Shown here piece by piece: positions 37,860 through 48,759 of a stretch of 63,982 bases of DNA. The DNA is taken from positions 94,074,659 through 94,138,640 of the forward strand of contig NC_057719.1 of assembly GCF_004010195.1 (NCBI RefSeq), written 5' to 3'. This DNA comes from Chiloscyllium plagiosum (Eukaryota). The notes below the pieces were generated by a model. That model searched no databases and had not been told where the DNA came from. It saw nothing but the letters and a program-made list of their open reading frames with translations. Within the stretch, counting starts at the first letter, position 1. Each line of letters begins with the position of its first letter. The position numbers were made by a program, and so were the translations under genes.

Positions 37860-38660
37860 GGGGGGTGGTGAGCGAACGGATATCGGGTACTCCACCACCT
37901 GGCTTGTCCCTTTCTGTCCTATTCCAGCCTGATTCGCCAAGAATGGGAGAAAGGGAGGGTGGAACTCAGGGGGGAGTGGGCAGCCCTGCTATTAGTGCTG
38001 ATAGGGGTGGGGAACATGGTGAGGGGGCCGGGGAGATTCATCCCACAGTGTTGGATCCATGCAGTGTTATTGGTGTGAGAAGGAGTGGCTAAAGTAGGGG
38101 AAAGAGAGAGAGAGAGAGAGAGATGGGGTTGGAGGGGAAGATGCTACATGCAATAGTGAGAGTGGTGGAGCATGAGCCTTGTTCGGGGGTCGTTGCTATA
38201 ACAGATATACGGTGAGTGTGAGGAAGCAGAGAGAATACGGTGACCCTTATCCTGACAGAGCAGGGAAGGTTATTGATGCTTGTCCTGTATTGCTGGACAT
38301 TTCTTCAGACCGCAGATACTGCACTGAGCTGGGTGGAGAGCTCCGACCATGTTCTGTAAGTCTGGTGGTGTGGCCCCCTCTGGGAAGGGAATTGTCCCCC
38401 TCTGTACTAGCCCATCTACCAGGATCTCCGGACCCTTGTCGACAAACCATGGTGCATTTGCCCCTTATCTCCCATGGACGGAATATCCAGATTAACCCGG
38501 ACAACGGTGAGTCCCTCCAGCCATGATGGGTGGGAGAATGGGGCTGGTATTGAATGATAGGAACACCATGGGGTGGGTAGTTATTGAGGTGAGTTCGAAG
38601 TGATGGCACCAGGAAATTAGCTCAACCTCGTGCAGATAATCCCTCTGTTACACTCAAGGG
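37860..38660. repeat. Unclassified dispersed repeat, copy 1 (copy 2 at 50860-51880)
   Basis: Collinear similarity including an identical block cttgtcctgtattgctggacatttcttcagaccgcagatactgc. Confidence 0.8.
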
Positions 38661-39738
38661 AAATTAAACAAAGCTAAATTATTGTTAGAATCTGCCCAAT
38701 GAGTTATCGATTCTCTTGAAACTAATTCCAGTTACAAAGATGCAGAACAAATGCTCATCTGATCTCACACCAATATACCTTTTTCCCATCTTTCCGGGGA
38801 AGACTGGCTCATGTTACTGGATCCTATCGAAGTGTCTACGTTTCAGCATTCTGAAATCTGGGAGCACATCCTTCCATGACACTGTCTCTCAGTCTCCCCC
38901 TCTCTTTCTATTTCCGAAACCCCTCCCATGTGGTGATATTTAAACTGAATCTCCTGCCATCTCTCTCTGGCAGTGATGTTCACACCCACAGCAGCCCCTT
39001 GTCATGGCACAATAGAGATATGGAACTGTAAATGTGTGGGAGCTGTACATCCTGTCACTTCCAGCACGGGCTGCAGGTCTCCCCACACTGGGCAGGGATC
39101 TAGCACAATGTTACTGAGTAATGCACTGGGATGGTGTACACAGGCCTACATGCTGGGAGGGTAATTGTTCGTGGTTTACAAATCAAGGCATTGCGGTGGT
39201 GTACACAGTCCTAAATGCTGGGAGGGTAACTGCTCCTGGTTTACAGATTAATTCACGGGTGATTACTGCACAGGTCGCTGTGCCTTTCAAACTATCTGGT
39301 TGAGGTTGAGAGATAATGCAATTATGTGTTCTGCACAGCTCCCGATGCTGGACAAATATCTAGTCCGGCTTTATATATTAATGCATAGTTCACTGTGCTG
39401 GAAAGATATATTGTCTGGGTTTAGAGATCAATGCCCTGATCTGATCTGTGCAGTGTTCCACACTGGAAGGTTTGCTGGGTTGTATTGACCAGTGAAATGG
39501 ATGCGTCTACACAGTGAACAGATATCTCCTCCGGATTTACCGTGTCTGGGCTGTTTCTGTGAGGTGGATTGAGAATGCGGTATATCTAACCACTTCAGCT
39601 GATCTGGCAATGCATTTGCATCCCATTCCTGTAACTGGACCCTCTGCCACTCAGCCCATCAATATTACAGCGTGTCCAGGCACAGTACATCATGTTGGTG
39701 GGGTGGATAGCGGGGAAGGTGATGAACAAGCCAAGGTG

Positions 39739-39849
39739 TTCCCCGGAACGTTCTGTCCCCAACATTCTATAACTGCCATTCCCCGGAACGTTCTGTCCCC
39801 AACATTCTATAACTGACATTCCCCGGAACGTTCTGCCCCTAACATTCTT
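39739..39849. repeat. 40-bp tandem repeat, ~2.7 copies
   Basis: ttccccggaacgttctg starts at 39739, 39779 and 39819. Confidence 0.95.
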
Positions 39850-40380
39850 TGTGAACGGCCGGAAGTCGGTGAATTGAACAAACGATAAGATCCCGAAGGA
39901 AGAGATCCTGTTCCAGGGAGAAGGAGACACTGTTCCGAAGGCCCCTCAGGCAGTTAAAGGGGGAATACGTTTTCCCTGCGTTTACATTTCTTCCGGACAC
40001 AGGATCGCCCACAATTTAGACCAAAATACAGAAATTCCCAAACTCCGTTTGTCTTCAGGAAACTGGGAGAGAATCCTTCAGGACAGCAACGTTTCCATCC
40101 TCCGTATTAGGAACTGGGAAGGAGTGAACTGTGTCTGCTCTCGAGTGATCGAGTGTGTAGGAATGTTCTAGAAACCATCTGTCCTTATGGATGTGTCTCT
40201 ATGTGTTTGGGGAGGGAGGGTTCCTTGTGGTTTATGTCACATTTATGTCGGTAATTCCGAACTTCCCATTTGTTATTCCAGCTCCAATTATTTTAATAAA
40301 TCCCTGAATACAGGGACATATTTGAAAATCTCACTGGGTCCTCGATCAAACGAGTCCCTTTGCCTCCAGGCTGATGGATA

Positions 40381-41316
40381 ATGGGTTTGTTTTCCTTCCT
40401 CACAGTTAACGTAGTGACCATCTATGTCCTGCTTTATAAAGATTGTGGATTGTCTCCATGTGTCAGACGTTACCTGGGGGCCATGGCAGCGGCGGATCTC
40501 CTGGTCATTATCCTCGACCTGATCCTGAGACACATTCCCATTGTTTATCCGGAACAGTTTTATTTTCTGGAGTACTCCGTCTCCGTGTGTAATATCCACG
40601 CCGTCCTGCTTTATGCAGCAACTGACTGCTCTGTCTGGTTCACCGTCACTTTCACCTTTGATCGGTTTGTGGCCATTTGTTGCCAGAAGCTGAAACTTAA
40701 ATATTGCAGTGAGAAAACGGCGGCTGTGGTTCTGGCAGCAGTGACTATGCTGAGCTGTTTAAAGAACATTTTCTGGTATTTTATGCTCACGGCTCGGTAT
40801 TGGCTGGCGAATTTCCCCTGGTTTTGTGATGTATCAGACGCTGTTCGATTCTCCAGTGTCTGGGTCACAATCGAGTTCCTCCACCACATTCTAACCCCGT
40901 GTGTCCCATTAAACCTGATTCTGCTGCTCAATGTTCTCACCGTAAGACACATTTTAGTGACCAGCAGAGCTCGCAGGAGACTCCGCGCTCACACCAATGG
41001 GGACGCTCAGTCTGACACTGAAATGAGAAACCGAAAAAAATCCATCATTTTACTGTTTATGATCTCGGCCAATTTCATCCTGTTCTGGTCAACGTTAATG
41101 CTGTATTCTATATGGAGACGGATGTGGGATATTGGGTATCGGTCTGTGTTTCTCCATGGCTTTGTGGGGGAATTGAGCTTCATGCTGCAGCTCCTCAGTT
41201 GCTGCACAAACACCGTGATATATGCCGTGACCCAGACTAAGTTCAGGCAGCAGCTGAAGAATGTGCTGAAATATCCCTTCATCCAAATACATTCATCAAT
41301 CAAATTCCCTCATTAA
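40381..41316 (+). CDS. Class A GPCR, GPR139/GPR142-like (probably the last coding exon, true exon start 40406)
   Basis: 311-codon stop-free ORF with hydrophobic TM segments. Motifs: TM1 N, TM2 AMAAADL, TM3 C..DCSVWFTVTFTFDRFVAIC, basic ICL3, TM7 CCTNTVIY and helix 8 KFRQQL. A pyrimidine tract plus cag lies at 40386-40405. ATTAAA occurs at 41539. Orthology is not established, so no symbol is given. Confidence 0.9.
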   Translation: MGLFSFLTVNVVTIYVLLYKDCGLSPCVRRYLGAMAAADLLVIILDLILRHIPIVYPEQFYFLEYSVSVCNIHAVLLYAATDCSVWFTVTFTFDRFVAICCQKLKLKYCSEKTAAVVLAAVTMLSCLKNIFWYFMLTARYWLANFPWFCDVSDAVRFSSVWVTIEFLHHILTPCVPLNLILLLNVLTVRHILVTSRARRRLRAHTNGDAQSDTEMRNRKKSIILLFMISANFILFWSTLMLYSIWRRMWDIGYRSVFLHGFVGELSFMLQLLSCCTNTVIYAVTQTKFRQQLKNVLKYPFIQIHSSIKFPH

Positions 41317-41969
41317 TTAATCCATCCGGGATTTTCTTATTTCAGTTCAGTGTTTCAGTGATGGAGCAGCCTGTTGCTATGGTCACAGACTGAGGGTAGA
41401 GCTGGTTTGTCCATCCTTATCCTCCGGGTGGTTACAGTGACACATGTCAATGTTTCTCACAACGCAGGGGCAAGTGAGAAAAGGCACCATTCCATTGACT
41501 GCATCCATCACTTCTAATTGTAAGCAAAAAAAATGTTCATTAAAGCGTGCCGAGCAGCAGAGTGACCGATGTTGTTGTGTGTCTTTGTGTTGGAGAAGCT
41601 GAGCTGGAGAGAGACAGACTCAGCCTCAAGTCCTCGTCCTCAGGGAAGGGGAGGGCACTGCGCCCTGAACTCAGGAGCTGGGTTTCACTCCCTCTGTTCC
41701 CCCACTGCAGCCTGGCCTCCCCATTTCCTCTCCCCTACTCTTTCTCCTCAATTCTCTCCCTCTCTCTCACCATCTGTCCGTTTCACTCTCCCTCATTTCA
41801 CCTCACACACACACACTCCAACCCCTTTTTCTCCATCTGCCTCCACTCTTCCCTTTCCCCTCACTCTCACTTTCACTCTCCTGCCGTCTCTGTCTCCCTC
41901 CCGCAGTCCCATCTCTACCCCATTTTCCCCTCCTCCCACATGTCACCCTCTCCCACACGCCGCCTCACG

Positions 41970-41970
<1 letters not shown>

Positions 41971-42008
<38 letters not shown>

Positions 42009-42126
42009 NNNNNNNNNNNNNNNNNNNNNNNNNNNNNNNNNNNNNNNNNNNNNNNNNNNNNNNNNNNNNNNNNNNNNNNNNNNNNNNNNNNNNNNNNNNN
42101 NNNNNNNNNNNNNNNNNNNNNNNNNN
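41971..42126. other. Poly-C run (41971-42008) and assembly gap (N, 42009-42126)
   Basis: Read directly; flanked by a CT-rich tract on the left and a GA-rich tract on the right. Confidence 0.98.
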
Positions 42127-42364
42127 ACAAGGGAGAGATAGGATGAAGGAGGGAGAGAGAGAGACCAAGGAGGAGATAATTAGAGACAAAGTCGAGACAG
42201 ATTGAGACTGAGTGAGGTGTGAGGGAGGGGGATGAGAGAGATGGGGCGAGAGAGAAAGAAGGCAAGTCTTAGAGAAAGAGCGGGATAAGGAGAGAGAAAG
42301 GGGACGAGAGAGAGAGAGAAGAGGATAGAGGGAAGAGAGAGATCGAATGAAGTGGCGAGAGAGT

Positions 42365-42905
42365 GAGGTCGAATGTCCTGGATCACTGAAGTGTTCCCGA
42401 ATTGGAAAGGGGCACACCTGTCTGTTGATTGATGTGCAGTGCCCATTCATGTGTTGCTGTAGCCTCTGTTCGTTTTCACCAATGTACCATGCCTCAAAGC
42501 ATCCTTCGCTACAGCTTGTTTTTTTTTTAGATTAGCGTCAGTCTAAACATTATGGCATGGACACAACACACAGGGACTGACACCATCAACATATTATCTG
42601 GGCTGACACTAATTGGTAAAATTCACCTGAGAATGTAGCCGTTCAAAGTTTTTTTTTTGCGATTTGCATAAGAAAGAAGTGAACCAAACATAGTCATTCT
42701 AACAGATGGAAGACTTAACAAACAATCAAGGTATTTTGTCAATGTATAATTTCAGTTGCATCACACTGTAAACTTTTTCTATAAAGTCTGTATCTTACAA
42801 CTGTATACTCCACAACCACCTGATGAAGGACCAGGTCTTCAAAAGGTAATGTTTCCAATTAAGCCTGTTGTCTATGACCTGGCATTGTGTGATTTTTAAT
42901 TTCGT
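42365..42905. mobile_element. Penelope-like relic: GIY-YIG fragment (-) and terminal repeat (+)
   Basis: Minus frame EAWYIGENEQRLQQHMNGHCTSINRQ..PIREHF; CTGATGA at 42820 lies in a repeat shared with 44355-44710 and 55490-55610. Confidence 0.7.
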
Positions 42906-43907
42906 ATTAGAATGCGGATCTCACAATTAAAACAGAGATGAGGAAGCATTTATTCTATCCAACAGTCCTGGATCTGTGGAAGTTCTTGTAGCAGAAGGCT
43001 GTCGAGGAAGGAACATTAGGTGTAATCAGGCCGAGATCGTTAATGTAAACGTTAACATTTAACAAGCCATGACAGTGAAAGCATTGAATTCTCATCTATT
43101 CTCCCATCCTTCTGTGCATGATCCCCTCGGCTCTATTCCGGTCTTGTTGGTTGGTTTACAATTCTGAGGCGATTCAATCATCTGTTTCATTGCAGTTTCT
43201 AATGTATGAGACCTTCTCTCTGAGCTGCCAATGTGCTGGCTCAGTGGTGATAACACGGGCCTTGTAACTCAGAAAAGCGCTTGAAATAGCCCATTCCTGT
43301 TTTTCATTCCAAGAACTTGAGGAAAACTGTTCGGCAGGACAAGAAATAGCGGGCGTGAGCAATGATCCAGTTTGGCAGCAAGAACAAGATGAGGCTGTAT
43401 AAACTAGAGAGAGATGGGGAAAGAATGGGCAAGAAACACTGGGACGGGAGGAGCTGAATGCTTCCTTTCTTTACTGTAACCAGACACTGGTGTTGAAGTA
43501 AGAAATGGGACAGTATCCGCCAAGTGGGGGAAATCTGACTTTCTGCTTGTTTTCTCCCGAGGCCTGTGTCACTCTTGGGGAAATGTGCCTGCGTGCTTCA
43601 GTCTGTGGGTAAAAATGGGGCTCAGTTCCCCGACCGTTTGTGAACACATTTTTCCCATCTCAAATTTCAATCCCATTCATTGTGTCTTACGAGGTTAAAA
43701 CGTTCAAGGGAAATTAGCATTGAGATGAACACGCGAAACGTCAGAGTTTACAAGGTTACAGACCAAGTGCTGGGAAGTGAGATGATGGGACCCATTTCTG
43801 TGCTGTAAACACTCGATAATCAATCATTTTTGAGGGGAAACATATCTGTAGTGACAGAAGTCCAAAAATTGTGTTATGAAGAAACGGTGCAACTGCTTCT
43901 GCTCTCA

Positions 43908-43978
43908 TACCTGGTGGTCTAGTGGTTAGTATTCTGCGCTTTAACTGAATGGCCTAGGTTTTAATACCATACAGGAAA
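43908..43978 (+). pseudogene. tRNA-Glu pseudogene
   Basis: tacctggtggtctagtggttagtattctgcgct..ggcctaggtttt..caggaaa aligns end to end with vertebrate tRNA-Glu (TCCCTGGTGGTCTAGTGGTTAGGATTCGGCGCT..); anticodon and B box are mutated. Confidence 0.75.
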
Positions 43979-44354
43979 TCAGGATTTCTTATTCCTGACG
44001 CACAGATAGCAGCTCTACCAGAAATCTATTTATTGCCTCAGATAAATCAATACCCCAGTCCTTGAAGAACGGCAAAGTGCCTTCCCTCTCTCTGCACAGT
44101 CGGAAGGTTTATCCTTCATTTTCCTCTGATTCCACTTCATGAAGAGTTTCAAAAAACTGTCAAAGCTGAGTCTCAGCTATTTCTGTTCTGTGCTTTTCAT
44201 ACACAGAAGCTGCAGCGATTAAGTGGGTTGGTTTCTGAAAACGAAACGTATCTATGAGCAATGTGTGGGGCTTTTCCAGGATTGCCTTCTCTGACAGCGC
44301 TGGGACATGACTGATGTTATCTATGATATGGAAGTGCCAGCGATTGAGCTGGGT

Positions 44355-44710
44355 AGACAAAGTTAAAAATTAAACAACATCAGGGCATAGTCCAGCAGGT
44401 TTCCTTGAAAGCATTAGATTTCAGAGAGCCGCTCTTTCATCAGGTGGTTGTCTTTCTGCATGAACATGATGTATGTGCAATATGTGCGATCTTTTGGAAG
44501 ATCATCCAGACATTAAAAGACCTATCGTGGTGTCGATGGTACACATGACTCGGATGGTGGTGCTGGACTGGGGTGCACAAATTTCAAAATCACACAAAGC
44601 CAGATTAGAGTCCAACAGTTGCTAACTACCTGATGAAGAAGCAGTGCATGGAACACTAGTGCTTCCAAATACACCTGTTCGATACAACCTGGTGCTGTAT
44701 GATTTTGACT
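44355..44710. mobile_element. Penelope-like terminal-repeat fragments in both orientations
   Basis: Decayed CTGATGA motifs at ~44437-44443 (-) and 44630 (+), with inverted arms aaaatcacaca.../...tgtatgatttt. Confidence 0.6.
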
Positions 44711-44851
44711 CCGATAGTTCTTGGTAATGTTTAACTGATCGAAGACAGTGAAAGAATTTTCGTTCGTGGAGATGAAAATTTCAAATATTATTCACTTCAG
44801 TATAAGAAAAAAGATTAGGTTGGATGTGAAATGAATCTCCACAATACGCTT

Positions 44852-44896
44852 GCACCAAGTAAAAGTCGAATCTGCAACCGTCTGATTCGTAGCCAG
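44852..44896 (-). pseudogene. tRNA-Arg(ACG) pseudogene, 3' half
   Basis: Reverse complement ctggctACGaatcagacggttgcagattcgact resembles CTGACTACGGATCAGAAGATTCCAGGTTCGACT. Confidence 0.55.
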
Positions 44897-45499
44897 CTAA
44901 ACGAATGGTTGTATCACTGGTCAGATGAACAGCTGAAATTTTACACGTTGCAGAGATGTGGTGCAAACAAGGACATGACAATAACAGTAACAGTCACAAG
45001 GTGAACAAAGAATAAAGATAATTACCATCATTATTTCACTTCAAATTGTCCTCAAAAAAACTACCATTTACAATCTGATCAGCCAATCAATGAGGTCCAT
45101 GTTGATCGAAGAAATTACAACTTACTTTGCTGCGTTTCCACCATACTTAGAGGTAAACTCCAGCCTAATCACAACATCGCATATTCCCATTAATTTTCAG
45201 CTTTAGATTATGTTAATGAGCTAGTCGTCTTTGCAGGAAACTGAATAACATTAAATGAGTGAACATGTCCTTCCGGTGATGTAATCTAGTATAGAGTCGG
45301 CCAGAAAAGAAAAGTCAAAGACCTGAAATATCACTCCCATTTGTCTCTGTACCAATGCGTTTTCCTGAGTTGAATACTTGCAGGACCTGTCTTTAATATC
45401 TAAAGAATTAAATATTTTCCCGGGACAGATTCTTCATAAATCAATTAACATCTGAGGTGTTGGAACCTATTTTACTTCAGATTAAAATAGTTGAATATC

Positions 45500-46265
45500 C
45501 TTTACTCCAGCCTAATGTCCCAATACTCCCACCTCTTCCATCTAAATTCATTCTGTGTCAGGTGAGGTTGGAGCTCGCAAACTGACGTTCCAATGTTCCT
45601 TGCTGTCCCATGTCAATAGAAGCTGCTCTAGTTGAAGTTGGATCTCCCAGTCTGATGTCCCACAGCTCCCTGCTCCATGTCAAAAGAAGCTGCTCCAAGT
45701 GAGGTTGGAGCTCCAGTCTGATGTCCCATTGTTCCCTGCCAATAGAAGCGGTCCAGTTGAGGTTAGATCTGCGACTCTGATGTCCCAAAGATTCCTGCTG
45801 CTGCATGTCAATAAAAAGCTGCCTCTAGTGACTTGGAGCTCCAGTCTAATGTCTCAATGCATCCTGCTCCATGTCAATAGAAACGGTCCAGTTGAGGTTA
45901 GATATACCACTCTGATGTGCCAATGCTCCCTTCTGCTCCATGTCATTAAAAGCTGCTCCAGGTGAGAATGGAGCTCCCACACAGATCTCGCAAAGCTCCC
46001 TGCTTCATGTCAACTGAAGCTGCTCCAAATGAGTTTAGATCTCACAGTCTGATGTCCCAATGCTCCCTGCTGCTTCATGCCAATAGAAGCTTCTCCAGGT
46101 GTGGTTGGAACTCCCAACCTGATGCCCCAATGCTCCCTGCTGCTCCAAGTCAGTAAAAGCTGTTCCAGGTGTGGTTGGAACTCCCAGACTGATGTCACAA
46201 TGCTCCCTGGTCCATGTCAACTGACGCTGCTCCAGATAAAGTGGGAGCTCCCATTCCTGGCAGCT
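45500..46265. repeat. Degenerate minisatellite, ~60-70-bp unit, ~11 copies
   Basis: Unit is approximately ctcccagtctgatgtcccaatgctccctgctgctccatgtcaatagaagctgctccaggtgaggttggag. Confidence 0.9.
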
Positions 46266-47447
46266 CACATACCTCTATACCATCATAGAAATATTGCCCA
46301 CTGACAATGTCCACCACTGGAGCTATTGGTGGATTAACTGCATCATGAGAATCTAATCTTATTTCTAGTCACTACCGAATCATTATTTCCAAAAAACATT
46401 CTTTCTTAAACTTTATTTAGCATGTGCATATTGCAGTCAACCCGAAGTAAGATAATGGTGCAAATTGATGCATGCTCAATAAAAATTACATCCTATCTTT
46501 CGTGTTGAGTAACTGCTATTTAGCAAGGACAACGTTTGGAATGAAATCACACGTTTATTCCAAGTGAGGGAATGTGGTTTGAGTTATTTAAATTGAACTT
46601 GTTCACTGTGTAAAATGATCAAATAGATCTCAATTTCAAAACAAAATTGGTAACGTTGTCATCCATCTTGAAATGTGGTGTCTTCTTCTTTCAGCCACAC
46701 GGATATTAGAACGAAACGTCTGTTAATGACGTGCATATAAAGACAATTTGAATCAGTTTTCATGTTTATGCTGCATGAATCTGCGGTTATTGATCTACAG
46801 TATAGGTTCAGTCCCTACAGTTAATATGCTGACTTCTCCAGTTGTTCATAGTTCAATGTGATGCATCCAGTGTGTGCATAACGAGAGGCAGCTTGCTTCC
46901 CATATCATGCGTTTATCTGTGCCTTATGTCCAGCATCCATCAATGGCGGGAGCAAGGGCCAAGGCGAGACCAATGTGTAAGTCTGTCCATGCCCATGCAC
47001 GGCACGCACATCGGCAATTCTCTACTGTGCATTTACAGCCAGTTCTCGGTGCCCCTACACCCACGCCCTGCACCTTTTGAAATATCTCCATTATTTTGTG
47101 CTGTCTCTCTGTGCTCTTCTCACCAAGATGAATCACTTCTACTCAACCTGCTCCAGATTTCATCTGACAAACCACTCATGAAAAGTCCCATTGCATAAAC
47201 ATGCCCTTCGCATCTCTCATTAATAGATTTTCCTGGATCTCTTTCATACAATGAAAGTTCACAGCAGCTTGACTTGGAAAAGAAAATCGCGTTCCTTTTC
47301 ATTATCCCAATTCAATCTACATTTTAATGAAATTTAAGCAACAGGCTCAAATTATTCTTTGAGATTTTATCATAGCGTCGATGCATATAAACTGACCATT
47401 GGAATTCTAAGTTCAATAGGACAGCTGTGATCATCCAAAAATGACAA

Positions 47448-47519
47448 CATTGAGAATGGGATTCGAACCCACGCGTGAAGAACGCAATTGATTAGCATTA
47501 ACCTCTTGGCCACCTCGCC
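47448..47519 (-). pseudogene. tRNA-Ser(GCT) pseudogene with a ~10-nt deletion in the anticodon arm
   Basis: Reverse complement ggcgaggtggccaagaggttaa-tGCTaatcaattgcgttcttcacgcgtgggttcgaatcccattctcaatg; B box is intact and a T5 run follows. Confidence 0.85.
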
Positions 47520-47631
47520 ACATACGCTGGAACGCTTGATACCTTATGAATAGGTGAATTGCGTAAATTATGCAGAACAGCAGATATTTCTCCCTGGTGT
47601 TGGCGAAATGATAAATAGCACAGTACGGTTC

Positions 47632-47692
47632 CAAGATTATGGTCTGACCTCTGGGTTGTGGGCCAAGCGCATTCCCACTGTGACATTCTACT
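47632..47692 (-). pseudogene. Initiator tRNA-Met pseudogene
   Basis: Reverse complement agtagaatgtcacagtgggaatgcgcttggcccacaacccagaggtc resembles AGCAGAGTGGCGCAGCGGAAGCGTGCTGGGCCCATAACCCAGAGGTC; T arm damaged. Confidence 0.65.
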
Positions 47693-48700
47693 CACAGTGG
47701 TCTGAACAAAAATGAAGAAATGACTATATAACAACGTCTGTTGAATTCTGTGAAGATTTGAAGTCAATGGAATGAAGAACCCGAGACAGCAGGAGGTGTT
47801 CTTTCAAGAAAGAGTTGGATAGAGCTCTTAAGGATAGTGGAATAAAGGGTTATGCAGATAATGCAGGAACAGGATACTGATTGAGGATGATCAGCCATGA
47901 TCATAGTGAATGGTAGTGCTGGATCGAAGGGCAGAATGTCCTACTCCTGCACCTATTGTCTATTGTCTATTGAATTGCCTGTGAGGAATTGCTTTCAGAC
48001 TGGAGGAGAGTGCATAGTGCTCAATGCCATTATTCGGAACACCTTTCTTTTGCTCAGATATTTTGACATGCACTTGTGTACATGACAGACAATTTCAAAA
48101 TCCTAAATAAGGCTAAACTGACAATTGAATTCAACAATGCAAAAACCTTGATCTGTATCATTTTCCTGGGCCGTATGACACCAAGTCACTGTATGATCAC
48201 AGCAACACAGTGAGCAAGTGTCGGAAGGAAGATGAGTGCAGTGCCAGAGCACATGCTGGGAGCAGCAGGTGACACACGGGGAAGTGCATTGCCCACAACA
48301 GGAACACTTCCCAAATAGCGGACTGCAGTGGAAGAATTCAGAGGGGGTTTACACTTTGGAATTTGATGCCAGAGACACAACGGATATCTGTCATTGAGTC
48401 TGTTAAAGATGAACATTTTAAGATTTCTACAGATAAAAAGCAATATAACATGCTTATTGGTTAGTGAAGGCAAATGTTGAAATTGTATATTTCAACAATC
48501 TACCCATCTTTGCAATGAGCAGCTCACCACTTTCCTCACTCGGGGTCAGAACCACTGGTGAAGATGATCGTATAATCCCCGGTACTAGCCATGGAATCAG
48601 AGAAACCTGGTTTCCCAAACGTTCAGGTACAACCAGGAATGTGCAGGTAAGCATTAATGGGTTGCTCCTGTGCTGCAGGTGACCAGTGCACGGCATCTCT

Positions 48701-48759
48701 GTTCCAGTGTAGTGGGCTGTGCTGTGCCGAAGTTTTAAGTTTGAGCCTCACATGGAGCA
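48701..48759 (+). pseudogene. tRNA-Ile(TAT) pseudogene, internally deleted
   Basis: gttccagtg...tgccgaagttttaagtttgagcctcacatggagca resembles GCTCCAGTG...TGCCGAGGTTGTGAGTTCGAGCCTCACCTGGAGCA. Confidence 0.65.

Noticed and set aside
41547..42450. Long Pro/Ser/Gly-rich ORFs
   Set aside because: They come from low-complexity CT/GA tracts, a poly-C run and N bases; the poly-C next to a gap may be a sequencing artefact.
45500..46265. Regularly spaced repeats resembling a CRISPR array (also 1330-1640 and 8250-9030)
   Set aside because: The whole unit is repeated with no unique spacers, there are no cas genes, and the context is vertebrate.
46842..47302. Minus-strand peptide GLFMSGLSDEI..CVPC..HWSR resembling a retroviral gag or zinc knuckle
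   Set aside because: The spacing does not fit CX2CX4HX4C, stops intervene, and there are no pol or LTR features nearby.
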